The notes under the pieces: model-generated
What the model was told of the DNA's origin: nothing
The model's database searches: none
The model's input: the letters and a program-made list of their open reading frames with translations, nothing else
In this document: positions 1 through 8,698 of the stretch, piece after piece
How positions within the stretch are numbered: the stretch's first letter is position 1
Layout of the letters: each line of letters starts with the position of its first letter
Position numbers and translations under genes: made by a program
Assembly (NCBI GenBank): GCA_904384205.1
Contig: CAJFJY010000002.1
Location: forward strand, 1-52,972
Direction of reading: 5' to 3'
Source: an uncultured Clostridia bacterium
GTDB lineage: Bacteria; Bacillota; Clostridia; TANB77; CAG-508
DNA: 52,972 nucleotides

Positions 1-930
1 GATATTACAATAAATGCTATTGCAAAAGAAGTATTAACTGATAAAATTATTGACCCATTTAACGGAAGAAAAGATTTAAAGAAAAATATTATTAGAGCTG
101 TTAGTAAACATTTTGTAGAAGATCCATTAAGAGTATATCGAGTTGCAAGATTTGCAAGTCAACTTGATTTTAATGTAGAAGACAATACTATGAAAATGAT
201 AAAATTACTAAAAAATGAGTTATCAAATTTAGCTGTTGAAAGAGTATATAATGAATTAAGCAGAGCATTATTAACAAACAAGCCATCAAGATTTTTTGAT
301 GTATTAAAAGATGCAAATGTTTTAGATATTCATTTTAAAGAAATATATAATTTAATTGGAGCAGAGCAACCAATTAAATACCATCCAGAAGGAGATGCTT
401 ATAATCATACAATGATTGTACTTGATAGAGTAGCAGATAAAACAAAATATCTAAATGATGAAAGAAAATTAGAATTACGCTTTTCTGCTTTAGTTCACGA
501 TTTAGGAAAAGGAACAACTCCAAAAGAAGAATATCCACATCATATTAACCATGAAAAAAGAGGAGTAGAACTAGTAAAGAACATGGGAAAAAGATTAAAA
601 CTACCTACGAGACTGATTAAATGTGGCATAACATCTTGTTTAGAACATATGAGAGGTGGAATTTTTGATAAAATGACAGTCTCAAAAAAAGTTAGTTTTA
701 TAGAGCGTGTAAATAATACTATTTTGGGATTAGATGGACTACAAATTATTGTAGATGCAGATAATATGTCAGAAAACAGCAATAGCAATCAATTTGCAGA
801 TTTAGGTTATGAAATTATAAATTGTACTAATGGCAATAAAATAATGAGAGAATATGGTATTACTGAGGGAAAAGAAGTTGCAAATAAAATACATGAAATA
901 AGACTATTGTATTTGAAGAATAGAGGTTAA
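1..930 (+). CDS. cca: CCA-adding tRNA nucleotidyltransferase with HD domain (5' end outside window)
   Basis: Frame 1 is open from nt 1 (DITINAIAKEVL...) and runs into listed ORF 190-930. Motifs RVYRVARFASQL, HPEGDAYNHT and LVHDLGK match class II CCA enzymes with an HD phosphohydrolase domain. Confidence 0.8.
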   Translation, partial: DITINAIAKEVLTDKIIDPFNGRKDLKKNIIRAVSKHFVEDPLRVYRVARFASQLDFNVEDNTMKMIKLLKNELSNLAVERVYNELSRALLTNKPSRFFDVLKDANVLDIHFKEIYNLIGAEQPIKYHPEGDAYNHTMIVLDRVADKTKYLNDERKLELRFSALVHDLGKGTTPKEEYPHHINHEKRGVELVKNMGKRLKLPTRLIKCGITSCLEHMRGGIFDKMTVSKKVSFIERVNNTILGLDGLQIIVDADNMSENSNSNQFADLGYEIINCTNGNKIMREYGITEGKEVANKIHEIRLLYLKNRG

Positions 931-932
931 AG

Positions 933-1055
933 ATGAAAGAGAAAATAGAAGTAAAAAATAATATTAATGTGTTACCTAAAGAAAATGAAAAAAGTTGGGA
1001 ACTATTAGATGATGAATTTAAAAAAATAATTAAGAAAAATATGAAAAAGATATAA
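933..1055 (+). CDS. possible 40-aa small protein (MKEKIEVKNNINVLPKENEKSWELLDDEFKKIIKKNMKKI)
   Basis: ATG 933 lies about 5 nt after a GAGGT that overlaps the cca stop. It is below the ORF-track size cutoff and no family was recognised. Confidence 0.2.
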   Translation: MKEKIEVKNNINVLPKENEKSWELLDDEFKKIIKKNMKKI

Positions 1056-1084
1056 TAAAATAATGAAGATAAGGAGTTAAAGTA

Positions 1085-1849
1085 ATGATAATAAAAGTAA
1101 ACAAAAAAATAGAAGCAATAAAATCAGATAAAGAATTGCAATTGCCAGAAGACTTGAGAAAAGAAATAGAAAAATTTTGGGAAGAACAAGTAAAGCTAAA
1201 TCCACATTTATTTAATGGGCAAGTATGGAGTGTAACAAAATTTGAAGAATTACCAGATAAACTAAGGCTAACAATTCAAAAAACAAACTATGCACATTTC
1301 TTATATGATGAAAGAGTTGGAATAGAGAGTCAATATGCATGTTATAATTTATATGGTGCAATTCTTTTAGAAAGTAAGGATGGACATTATATAATAGGTG
1401 AAATGGACGAAACAACATCATATCCAAAATGTTTGACAATTACCGGAGGAGCTCTAGATCAAAAAGATATAAAACTAGATGGACAAGTGGATATTGTAAA
1501 TAATATAGCAAGAGAATTAAAAGAAGAACTTAATATAGATTTATTTGATAAAAATGTAGTAGGAGAATACAAAATACAATATATGGAAATTCCAGAAGGA
1601 AAAAGGCATTCATATGCTCCTATGATGAAAGGAATATTATCAATTACAGCAAAACAAATGGAAGAACAATATAGAGAATACAAAGAGATATTAGAGCAAA
1701 AAGGAGAAGATGTTGAGTTTGCAAAATTACATTTTATAAAGAAAGAAAAAGCTTTAGAAACATTAGAGAGCTTAAATAATCCAAAAAGACCATACTTAGA
1801 AAGTTTAATTGTTTTAGATAGTACATTAAAACAAGAATTAGAAAGATAA
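1085..1849 (+). CDS. Nudix-like hydrolase
   Basis: Degenerate Nudix box in ITGGALDQKD...IARELKEELNID (RELKEE fits the REUXEE part). RBS AAGGAG lies upstream of the ATG. Confidence 0.5.
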   Translation: MIIKVNKKIEAIKSDKELQLPEDLRKEIEKFWEEQVKLNPHLFNGQVWSVTKFEELPDKLRLTIQKTNYAHFLYDERVGIESQYACYNLYGAILLESKDGHYIIGEMDETTSYPKCLTITGGALDQKDIKLDGQVDIVNNIARELKEELNIDLFDKNVVGEYKIQYMEIPEGKRHSYAPMMKGILSITAKQMEEQYREYKEILEQKGEDVEFAKLHFIKKEKALETLESLNNPKRPYLESLIVLDSTLKQELER

Positions 1850-1862
1850 GGAGAATAATTAT

Positions 1863-2480
1863 ATGATAAAAAACTTAGTTTTTGATTTTGGAGAAGTTGT
1901 ACTTACATGGGATCCAAAAATTATATTAAAAAATTTTACAAAAAATGAAAGTGATATAGAATTATTAAATAATATCATATACAAATCTAAACAATGGGAA
2001 ATGTTAGATAATGGAACTATATCAAGAGAAGAGGCAACAAAAATTTTACAAGAAAAGCTACCAGAAAGACTAAGAGATACTTGTAGAGAAGTTATATATC
2101 ATTTTCAAGAATATCAAATTTCAAATGAAGATATATGTGAAATAATAGTAAAGCTAAAAGAGAATGGATATAAAGTTTATGCTTTATCAAATACACATAT
2201 TTCAGTATATGAAGATATGAAAAAGAGAAAAATAGGTAAATATTTTGACGGATATGTAATATCTGCAGTAGAACATAAAATGAAACCAGAGGAAGAAATT
2301 TATAAAATATTATTTGAAAAATATAAATTAAATCCAGAAGAATGCTTTTTTATAGATGATAGAAAAGAAAATATAATCACAGGAGAAAAATTAGGAATGA
2401 AGGGACATGTACTAAATAGAGAAAAATATGGAACTAAAAAATTATTAGACGATTTTAAAAAATATGATATAAAAATATAA
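1863..2480 (+). CDS. HAD-superfamily hydrolase (subfamily IA-like)
   Basis: Motif I LVFDFGEVV, motif II ALSNT and motif IV FFIDDRKENI. Length is 205 aa. Confidence 0.75.
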   Translation: MIKNLVFDFGEVVLTWDPKIILKNFTKNESDIELLNNIIYKSKQWEMLDNGTISREEATKILQEKLPERLRDTCREVIYHFQEYQISNEDICEIIVKLKENGYKVYALSNTHISVYEDMKKRKIGKYFDGYVISAVEHKMKPEEEIYKILFEKYKLNPEECFFIDDRKENIITGEKLGMKGHVLNREKYGTKKLLDDFKKYDIKI

Positions 2481-2577
2481 TAAATAATTAAGTAAGGTAT
2501 AATGAAGGCATTTTTCTAAGATAAACATCAGCACTTTCTTATAAAAGATAAAAAATATTACACGAGGAGGAGTAACT

Positions 2578-3207
2578 ATGAAAATTATATATGGAACAAC
2601 AAATAAAGGCAAAGTAGAAGCAATGAAAAAAATACTAAAAGAAGATAAAATAGAAAATATAGAAATAGAAACATTAAAAGACATAGAATTTAATGAAGAA
2701 ATTATAGAAGATGGAAAAACATTTGAAGAAAACTCAGAAATAAAAGCAAGAGCAATAGAAAAATATTGTAAGAAGAATAATATAAGTTACGAACTAATAT
2801 TAACAGATGATGCAGGGTTATGTATAGAAAAATTAAATGGAGAACCAGGAGTATATTCAGCAAGATATGCAGGACCAAATGCAACATAAAAACAAATATT
2901 AGAAAAAGTTTTAGAAAAAATGAAAAAATATCAAAATCCAGAAGATAGAAAATGCACATTTGTATGTGTATTAACAGGAATATTAGAGAATGGAGAAAAG
3001 CTAGTTGCAAGAGGGGAATCTAAAGGTTATGTTGCAAAAGAACATGGAACATTAGGAGGATTAACATATATACCAATATTTATTCCAGAAGGATTTGAAA
3101 AACCAATGAGTGATATAGAAGATAAGACATTGGAGGAAATGCATAATCATAGAGAATTAGCCGTTAGAATAATGCTTCAAAAATTAAAAGAAAAGAAACT
3201 AATATGA
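2578..3207 (+). pseudogene. rdgB: RdgB/HAM1 non-canonical purine NTP pyrophosphatase interrupted by one in-frame TAA (2887-2889)
   Basis: ORFs 2578-2889 and 2920-3207 share one frame. The joined translation ...GEPGVYSARYAGPNAT*KQILEKVLEKMKKYQNPEDRKCTFVCVL... is colinear with RdgB (E. coli ...[25 protein letters not shown]...ARFHCVL). Confidence 0.75.
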
Positions 3208-3303
3208 CCAAAAGGGACGGGGTAAAATGGCAAATTTAAAGTAATATAATTTGGTAAGAATTAACTTAAATAAATTTGCCATTTTGCCCCGTCCCTTTTG
3301 TCA
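3205..3303. repeat. 99-nt long palindrome (GGGACGGGG core) starting at the rdgB stop codon
   Basis: Left arm TGACCAAAAGGGACGGGGTAAAATGGCAAATTTA (3205-3238) pairs with right arm TAAATTTGCCATTTTGCCCCGTCCCTTTTGTCA (3270-3303). There is 1 mismatch and 1 indel, with a loop of about 31 nt. Confidence 0.85.
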
Positions 3304-3469
3304 TTAATTCTTAAGAAAATATAAATAAATTTAAGGTAAATTTAAGAAAAAATAAATGGAATTAGTAAAATATATATGTTAGAATAAAGACAATTAAAAA
3401 AGAATGAAAAAGTTATAACGAATTCATTTTTTCATTCAAAAAGAACTTAAAAGGAGGAATGTAGTAAAA

Positions 3470-4375
3470 ATGGAAACAGTTTTAAAATGTGAGAACCTTT
3501 CCAAAAAATTTGGAAAAAGACTAATTTTAAAAGATGTATCTTTAGAATTGAAAAAAGGAGACATCCTAGGATTTATTGGACCAAATGGAGCAGGAAAAAC
3601 AACAACAATAAAATTAATATTAGGACTACAAGGAATAACAAGTGGAACAGTATATATAAATGGATATGATGTACAGAAAAATTTTACAAAAGCAATAGAA
3701 AAAGTAGGAGCAATAGTAGAAAATCCAGATATGTATATGTATCTAACAGGATATGAAAACCTAAAATTGGTAGCAAATTTATACAAAAATGTAGACAAAA
3801 AAAGAATTGACGAAGTAGTAAAATTAGTAAAACTAGAAAATAGAATAAATGATAAAGTATCAAAATATTCTCTTGGAATGAGGCAAAGATTAGGAATAGC
3901 ACAAGCAATTTTGCATAAACCAAGTTTACTAATTCTAGATGAACCAACAAATGGATTAGACCCAGAAGGGATAAAAGAGATGAGAGAACTGTTAGTAGAA
4001 TTAGCTCAAAAAGAAGGAATGGCAATATTAATTTCAAGTCATAACTTAGCAGAACTAGACAGTTTTTGTAATAAAATATGTATCATAAAAAATGGTCAAA
4101 TAATCGAAACAAGTGAGATATCAGAAATGAAAAATGCATCACATAAAAATATACACATATTCGAAGTTGATAATAGCGAAAAAGCAGGAAAGGTCATAGA
4201 AGAAGCAGTCATAATAAGTAAAACCGAATTCAAAGTAGAAACAGAAAAAGAAAATGTACCAGAAATAGTAAACAAACTTGTAAAAAATGCGATAAAAATC
4301 TATGAAATAAAAGAAGAACAAAAATCATTAGAAGATGCATTTTTGGAAAAGACAGGGGGGAATGTAATTGATTAG
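3470..4375 (+). CDS. ABC transporter ATP-binding protein (ABC-2 type)
   Basis: Walker A GPNGAGKTT, signature YSLGMRQRL, Walker B LLILDEPTNGLD. RBS AAGGAGG upstream. Confidence 0.9.
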   Translation: METVLKCENLSKKFGKRLILKDVSLELKKGDILGFIGPNGAGKTTTIKLILGLQGITSGTVYINGYDVQKNFTKAIEKVGAIVENPDMYMYLTGYENLKLVANLYKNVDKKRIDEVVKLVKLENRINDKVSKYSLGMRQRLGIAQAILHKPSLLILDEPTNGLDPEGIKEMRELLVELAQKEGMAILISSHNLAELDSFCNKICIIKNGQIIETSEISEMKNASHKNIHIFEVDNSEKAGKVIEEAVIISKTEFKVETEKENVPEIVNKLVKNAIKIYEIKEEQKSLEDAFLEKTGGNVID

Positions 4376-5831
4376 TTTAATAAAAAATGAATTAACCAAA
4401 ATATTTAAAAAGAAAACTATATATATAACTTTTTTAGTAGTATTAGCATTTATCATATTCAGTAACTGTATGACAAAATATGTAACAAATAGTTATTCAT
4501 CATATTATAGATACAGTGAGGAAACTATAAAAAGTATGGAAAGTACATTAGAAACATTAGATCCAAATAAAGCATCAGACAACACAATGTATATAGGAAT
4601 AAAATCAGAATTGGATACAGCAAAATTAACAAATAAATATCCAGAAAACTCATGGCAAATACAAATTATATACAATAAAATATCTCCATTAATAAATGAA
4701 AAGAACACATATGAATATGGAGTAAATAAAGATGAAACAAAAGCACAAGAAATGCAAGCACAAATAGACGAATTACAACAAAAATTAGATAACGACGATT
4801 GGAAATACTTTGCAAATGAAGATTTAGAAACAGCAAATCAAACATTAAGCAATTTAAAAGAACAAAGAAATAATACAGAAGATAAACAATTAATAAAAGA
4901 CTTAGAGATTCAAATAAAACAAGCAGAGATAAGTAAAGAAGTAGCAGAATATAGAATAAATCAAGAAATAAAATATGGGAATGATTATTTAAATCAAGCA
5001 TTAGAAGCATATCAATCATATTCTATAACTGTAGCTGAATTAGAACAAAATCTTGATAGCTTAACATATAATGAAAAGCAACAATATAATCAAAGTTTAA
5101 AATATGTAGAAGAAAATAGATATATATTAGAAAATAAGGTAGATATAAATAAAAGTGATGACTTAAGAGGCATATTAGAAAACTTTATGAATCAATATAG
5201 CCTATTTATAATCGTAATAGTGGTAATGATAGCAGGAACAATAGTAAGTGAAGAATTTAATAAAGGAACAATAAAACTACTATTAATAAAACCATATTCA
5301 AGAAAGAAAATATTACTTGCTAAGTTTTTAACAACATTAATAATCATAGTATTCACAATAATAACAATATTAGTAATGCAATTAATAGTAGGTGGAATAA
5401 TGTTTGGATTTGATAGTCTGTCAATACCAATGGTAGAATATAACTTTAATACAAATGCAATACAAGAAATAAATGTATTCGCATATTTAGGACTACAAAT
5501 ATTAACACAATTGCCAATAATCATATTACTTGGAACATTAGCATTTGCATTAAGTACAATATTTAATAATAGTGCACTTGCAATCACAATTTCATTATTA
5601 GGATTTATGTCAGCATCAATAATAAATCAAATAGCAATAACATTTAATGTGCAAATACTAAAATACTTTGTAACAATGAATTGGGATTTATCACAATATT
5701 TATTTGGAGCATTACCAATGATGCCAAATATGACAATGTTATCATCTATTGTAATATGTATAATTTACTTCTTAATAATGATGATAGTAGCATTTATAGT
5801 ATTTAAAAAGAAAAACATAAAAAATATATAG
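4368..5831 (+). CDS. ABC-2 family permease with a long N-terminal extracytoplasmic coiled-coil region
   Basis: Overlaps the stop of the ATPase gene. One N-terminal TM, about 250 aa of E/K/Q-rich helix-like sequence, then multiple hydrophobic TM segments. Confidence 0.7.
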   Translation: MISLIKNELTKIFKKKTIYITFLVVLAFIIFSNCMTKYVTNSYSSYYRYSEETIKSMESTLETLDPNKASDNTMYIGIKSELDTAKLTNKYPENSWQIQIIYNKISPLINEKNTYEYGVNKDETKAQEMQAQIDELQQKLDNDDWKYFANEDLETANQTLSNLKEQRNNTEDKQLIKDLEIQIKQAEISKEVAEYRINQEIKYGNDYLNQALEAYQSYSITVAELEQNLDSLTYNEKQQYNQSLKYVEENRYILENKVDINKSDDLRGILENFMNQYSLFIIVIVVMIAGTIVSEEFNKGTIKLLLIKPYSRKKILLAKFLTTLIIIVFTIITILVMQLIVGGIMFGFDSLSIPMVEYNFNTNAIQEINVFAYLGLQILTQLPIIILLGTLAFALSTIFNNSALAITISLLGFMSASIINQIAITFNVQILKYFVTMNWDLSQYLFGALPMMPNMTMLSSIVICIIYFLIMMIVAFIVFKKKNIKNI

Positions 5832-5858
5832 GGATTTAGGGACGGTCCTTAAAATCCC
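5831..5858. repeat. GGGATTT-W-GGGAC repeat, copy 1 (hairpin-forming)
   Basis: GGGATTTAGGGACGGTCCTTAAAATCCC begins with the G of the permease TAG stop. Related copies are at 5974, 6720 (inverted) and 52401. Confidence 0.75.
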
Positions 5859-5863
5859 TACAT

Positions 5864-5972
5864 TTATCAAATTTCATTTGATAAACGTGTGCTATAATCG
5901 CTATTGCCTTTGTAATTTCATTTTATGAAATTACAAATCGGCGAGAAGAAAAATTGACAAGCAATTTTTCTT
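5864..5972. other. cluster of three consecutive hairpins between convergent genes
   Basis: H1 TTATCAAAT/ATTTGATAA (5864-5884). H2 has 12-bp arms TTTGTAATTTCA/TGAAATTACAAA (5909-5937). H3 has 11-bp arms AAGAAAAATTG/CAATTTTTCTT (5946-5972). TGcTATAAT lies at 5890-5898. Confidence 0.7.
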
Positions 5973-5973
5973 G

Positions 5974-5992
5974 GGGATTTTGGGGACAGACC
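5974..5992. repeat. GGGATTT-W-GGGAC repeat, copy 2
   Basis: GGGATTTTGGGGACAGACC is the reverse complement of 6720-6737 apart from one extra G. Confidence 0.8.
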
Positions 5993-5998
5993 TCAAAT

Positions 5999-6640
5999 TT
6001 AAATTGGAATTTGAAAAGTAGGAATTCCAGAAGAATAAGGAGCAATATCATATTGTCCGAAAAAAATCACAATAGTATTTTTATCATATAAATAAAATTG
6101 ATTAGGATTAAAAGTATCTAAAACCAAACAACAATAATTATCAAAATATTGGTTAGTTCCTTGTTCTATCTGAAGTTCAATTTGACGGATAATATCTCTT
6201 AAAATAAAAAGCAAATAATTAGGATCATCTTTAAAGACAGAGTCAAGTTTAAATTGTTCACCAAGTTTCATGTCCCAATTTTGAGACTTTCTAACAGTTG
6301 AACCATGGGCTCCACCAGTAAAAATATATTCATTAGAAAACAAACTCAAAATAAAATTATCATTATATGTAATTTCAAAATCATAATTAAGTTCATAAAC
6401 CATGATTGGATAGCCATTTGAATGATTATATTCATATATTTCTTTAGATTCATTAAATAAATCTTTTTCAGCGTACATTTTTAAACTCAGAGCAATCATC
6501 CTATTAAGAGAGTTAAATTTCCTAGTTGAGTAGATATATAAATTAGAAATAATTCTAGGATAAGAAATAGTATATTTCAAAATTAATTCTCCTCGATAAT
6601 ACAAATTTTTTTCTAAGACAACCTTTTCAATCTCAAACAT
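5999..6640 (-). CDS. DUF3298/DUF4163-like protein (RsiV/PdaC C-terminal-like fold)
   Basis: FTGGAHG motif and overall layout are typical of DUF3298 proteins. RBS GGTGG lies before the ATG. No signal peptide seen. Confidence 0.55.
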   Translation of the reverse strand: MFEIEKVVLEKNLYYRGELILKYTISYPRIISNLYIYSTRKFNSLNRMIALSLKMYAEKDLFNESKEIYEYNHSNGYPIMVYELNYDFEITYNDNFILSLFSNEYIFTGGAHGSTVRKSQNWDMKLGEQFKLDSVFKDDPNYLLFILRDIIRQIELQIEQGTNQYFDNYCCLVLDTFNPNQFYLYDKNTIVIFFGQYDIAPYSSGIPTFQIPI

Positions 6641-6719
6641 ATTACCACCAGTATAATATTATGCAGTGAACTTTTGAGAAGTTCTATAAAAAACAAAAAA
6701 TTCAAATAAAAAGTTACAA

Positions 6720-6737
6720 GGTCTGTCCCAAAATCCC
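6720..6737. repeat. GGGATTT-W-GGGAC repeat, copy 3 (inverted)
   Basis: GGTCTGTCCCAAAATCCC is the reverse complement of GGGATTTTGGGACAGACC. Confidence 0.8.
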
Positions 6738-6739
6738 TA

Positions 6740-6768
6740 TTGTATAATAAAAAACTTTTGTGTATAAT
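6740..6768 (+). promoter_or_regulatory. sigma-A-type promoter for the LD-carboxypeptidase gene
   Basis: TTGTAT (6740-6745), 17-nt spacer, TATAAT (6763-6768). Confidence 0.5.
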
Positions 6769-6800
6769 ACTAACAACACAAAGAGAAGGAAGTGATATTA

Positions 6801-7832
6801 ATGAATTATCCAGAATTTTTAAAAAAAGGTGATACAATAGGAATTTGTGCACCCTCTGGTGGAATTGTTAAGCCAGAAAAGATTGAAGAATTAAATTTAG
6901 CTAAAAAGCAATTAGAAGAATTAGGTTATAAAGTAATCCAAACAGAAAGTGTTTGCAAAGAATATAAAGGAAGAAGTACTAGTGGAGAGCAAAGAGCAAA
7001 AGAATTTATGCAATTATTAAAAAATGACGATGTAAAATTAATAATATTTGCAACAGGCGGAGATTTTTTAATAGAAATGTTAGATTATTTAAATTTTGAC
7101 GAATTAAAAAATATGAAACCAAAATGGTTACAGGGCTTTTCTGACATTACAAGTATTAATTTTTTATTTAATACAATTTTAGAAATACCAACAATGTATT
7201 GTCAAACAATAAAAAATTATGCAATGAGACCACTATATAGAAACTTAACAGATGCACTAAAAATTGAATCAGGAGAAGAAATTGTACAACATTCATTTGA
7301 AAAACACGAAAAAGTAATCCCTTTTTCAGAACAAGCAGAAGAAAATAGCCCTGACAAAACATATAATTTAACAGAAAAAGTAGAATGGAAAAATATCACA
7401 GGAGAAAATAAAATTGAAATAAAAGGAAGAACCATAGGAGGATGTTTAGATTGTATAAAAACATTTTTCGGAACTAAATATGACTATATAAATGATTATA
7501 TAGAAAAGTACAAAAAAGATGGAATAATATGGTTCTTAGAATGTTTTGAAATGTCAACACCAGAACTATTTAGAATATTATGGCAAATGAAAAATGCAGA
7601 TTACTTTAAGTATTGTAGAGAGATAATTTTTGGAAGACCTTTATTTGTAAGAGAAGATTATGAAATAAGTTTTGATGAAGCGGTAAAAGAAGCATTGAAG
7701 GATTTAAAAATACCTATAATCACAGGAGCAGATATAGGACATGTAGCACCACAAATGGCGATATTAAGTGGAGCAGTTTTGGAAATAACATCAGAAAAAG
7801 GAAAAGGAACTGTAAAAACATATTTTAAATAA
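6801..7832 (+). CDS. LD-carboxypeptidase (peptidase S66, LdcA/MccF-like)
   Basis: LKKGDTIGICAPSGG N-terminus and a GFSDIT nucleophile-type motif. ATG 6801 is preferred over GTG 6792 because of the GAAGGAAG RBS spacing. Confidence 0.75.
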   Translation: MNYPEFLKKGDTIGICAPSGGIVKPEKIEELNLAKKQLEELGYKVIQTESVCKEYKGRSTSGEQRAKEFMQLLKNDDVKLIIFATGGDFLIEMLDYLNFDELKNMKPKWLQGFSDITSINFLFNTILEIPTMYCQTIKNYAMRPLYRNLTDALKIESGEEIVQHSFEKHEKVIPFSEQAEENSPDKTYNLTEKVEWKNITGENKIEIKGRTIGGCLDCIKTFFGTKYDYINDYIEKYKKDGIIWFLECFEMSTPELFRILWQMKNADYFKYCREIIFGRPLFVREDYEISFDEAVKEALKDLKIPIITGADIGHVAPQMAILSGAVLEITSEKGKGTVKTYFK

Positions 7833-7833
7833 T

Positions 7834-7897
7834 GGTCAATTGGGGACAGGTACCATTTGACCAAAAATGGTTAAATGGTACCTGTCCCCAATTGACC
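7834..7897. repeat. 64-nt palindrome with perfect 25-bp arms (GGGGACAGG core)
   Basis: GGTCAATTGGGGACAGGTACCATTT (7834-7858) pairs with AAATGGTACCTGTCCCCAATTGACC (7873-7897). It starts 2 nt after the TAA of the preceding gene. Confidence 0.9.
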
Positions 7898-7912
7898 AAA
7901 AAGGAGAAACAA

Positions 7913-8698
7913 ATGGAGAATATAGGAATATTTGACTCAGGAATTGGAGGAGTAACAGTTTTAAAAGAAATAATAAAGGTGTTACCAAATGAGAATTATA
8001 TATATTATAGTGATTCAAAAAATAATCCATATGGAGATAAAAATCAAGAGGAAATACTAAAGATTTGTGATGATATAGTAGCAAATTTGTTAAAAGAGAA
8101 TTGTAAATCTATAGTTATTGCTTGTAATACAGCAAGTGCAATTGCTTCTAGCTTTTTAAGAGAAAAATATAATGATCTGCCTATTATAGCAATCGAACCT
8201 GCATATAAAATGGTACATGATTATTCATATGATAAACCTACTTTAATTATGGCAACAAAAGGAACAATTGAAAGTGAAAAATTTAATTTATTATTAAAAA
8301 AGTACAATAATAATAAAACATATATATTACCATGTGTGGGATTAGCTGATAAAATAGAAGATGGTAATGAAAAAGAAATAAAACAAGTTTTAAAATTGGA
8401 ACTTGAAAAATATAGAGGTATTGTAAAAAATGTAGTCTTAGGATGTACTCATTATCCATTAGTTAAAGAAGGGATTAAAGAAATTTTAGGAGAAAATATT
8501 GAATTTTTTGATGGTTCACCAAGGCTTGCTTTACACCTAAAAGAAATACTAAAAGAAAAAAATTTATTAAATGAAGATTTTGAAAATTATAAAAATGATT
8601 ATAATTTAGAAAATAAAATTAAGTTTATAGATTCTAGCAATGATATTAAAAAAGAAAAAAGATTTTTTGAAATTTTGGAAAAATCTTCAAAAAAATAG
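7913..8698 (+). CDS. murI: glutamate racemase
   Basis: IGIFDSGIGG, IACNTAS and LGCTHYP motifs. ATG 7913 follows RBS AAAGGAG. The upstream part of listed ORF 7832 is translation of the palindrome. Confidence 0.9.
   Translation: MENIGIFDSGIGGVTVLKEIIKVLPNENYIYYSDSKNNPYGDKNQEEILKICDDIVANLLKENCKSIVIACNTASAIASSFLREKYNDLPIIAIEPAYKMVHDYSYDKPTLIMATKGTIESEKFNLLLKKYNNNKTYILPCVGLADKIEDGNEKEIKQVLKLELEKYRGIVKNVVLGCTHYPLVKEGIKEILGENIEFFDGSPRLALHLKEILKEKNLLNEDFENYKNDYNLENKIKFIDSSNDIKKEKRFFEILEKSSKK

Noticed and set aside
2887-2889. TAA reassigned as a sense codon (alternative genetic code), which would explain the in-frame TAAs at 2887 and 40297
   Set aside because: Many other genes in the window end at TAA followed directly by an RBS and start codon, a terminator or a repeat element, at positions matching normal protein C-termini. 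TAA is clearly a functional stop here.
7832-7912. N-terminal extensions of listed ORFs (murI from 7832, rimP from 12256, glyQS from 48857, hypothetical from 22410, sspH from 50688)
   Set aside because: The extensions translate palindromic repeats, a leader hairpin, the tRNA-Trp gene or a terminator. Internal starts with proper RBSs match the known protein N-termini.
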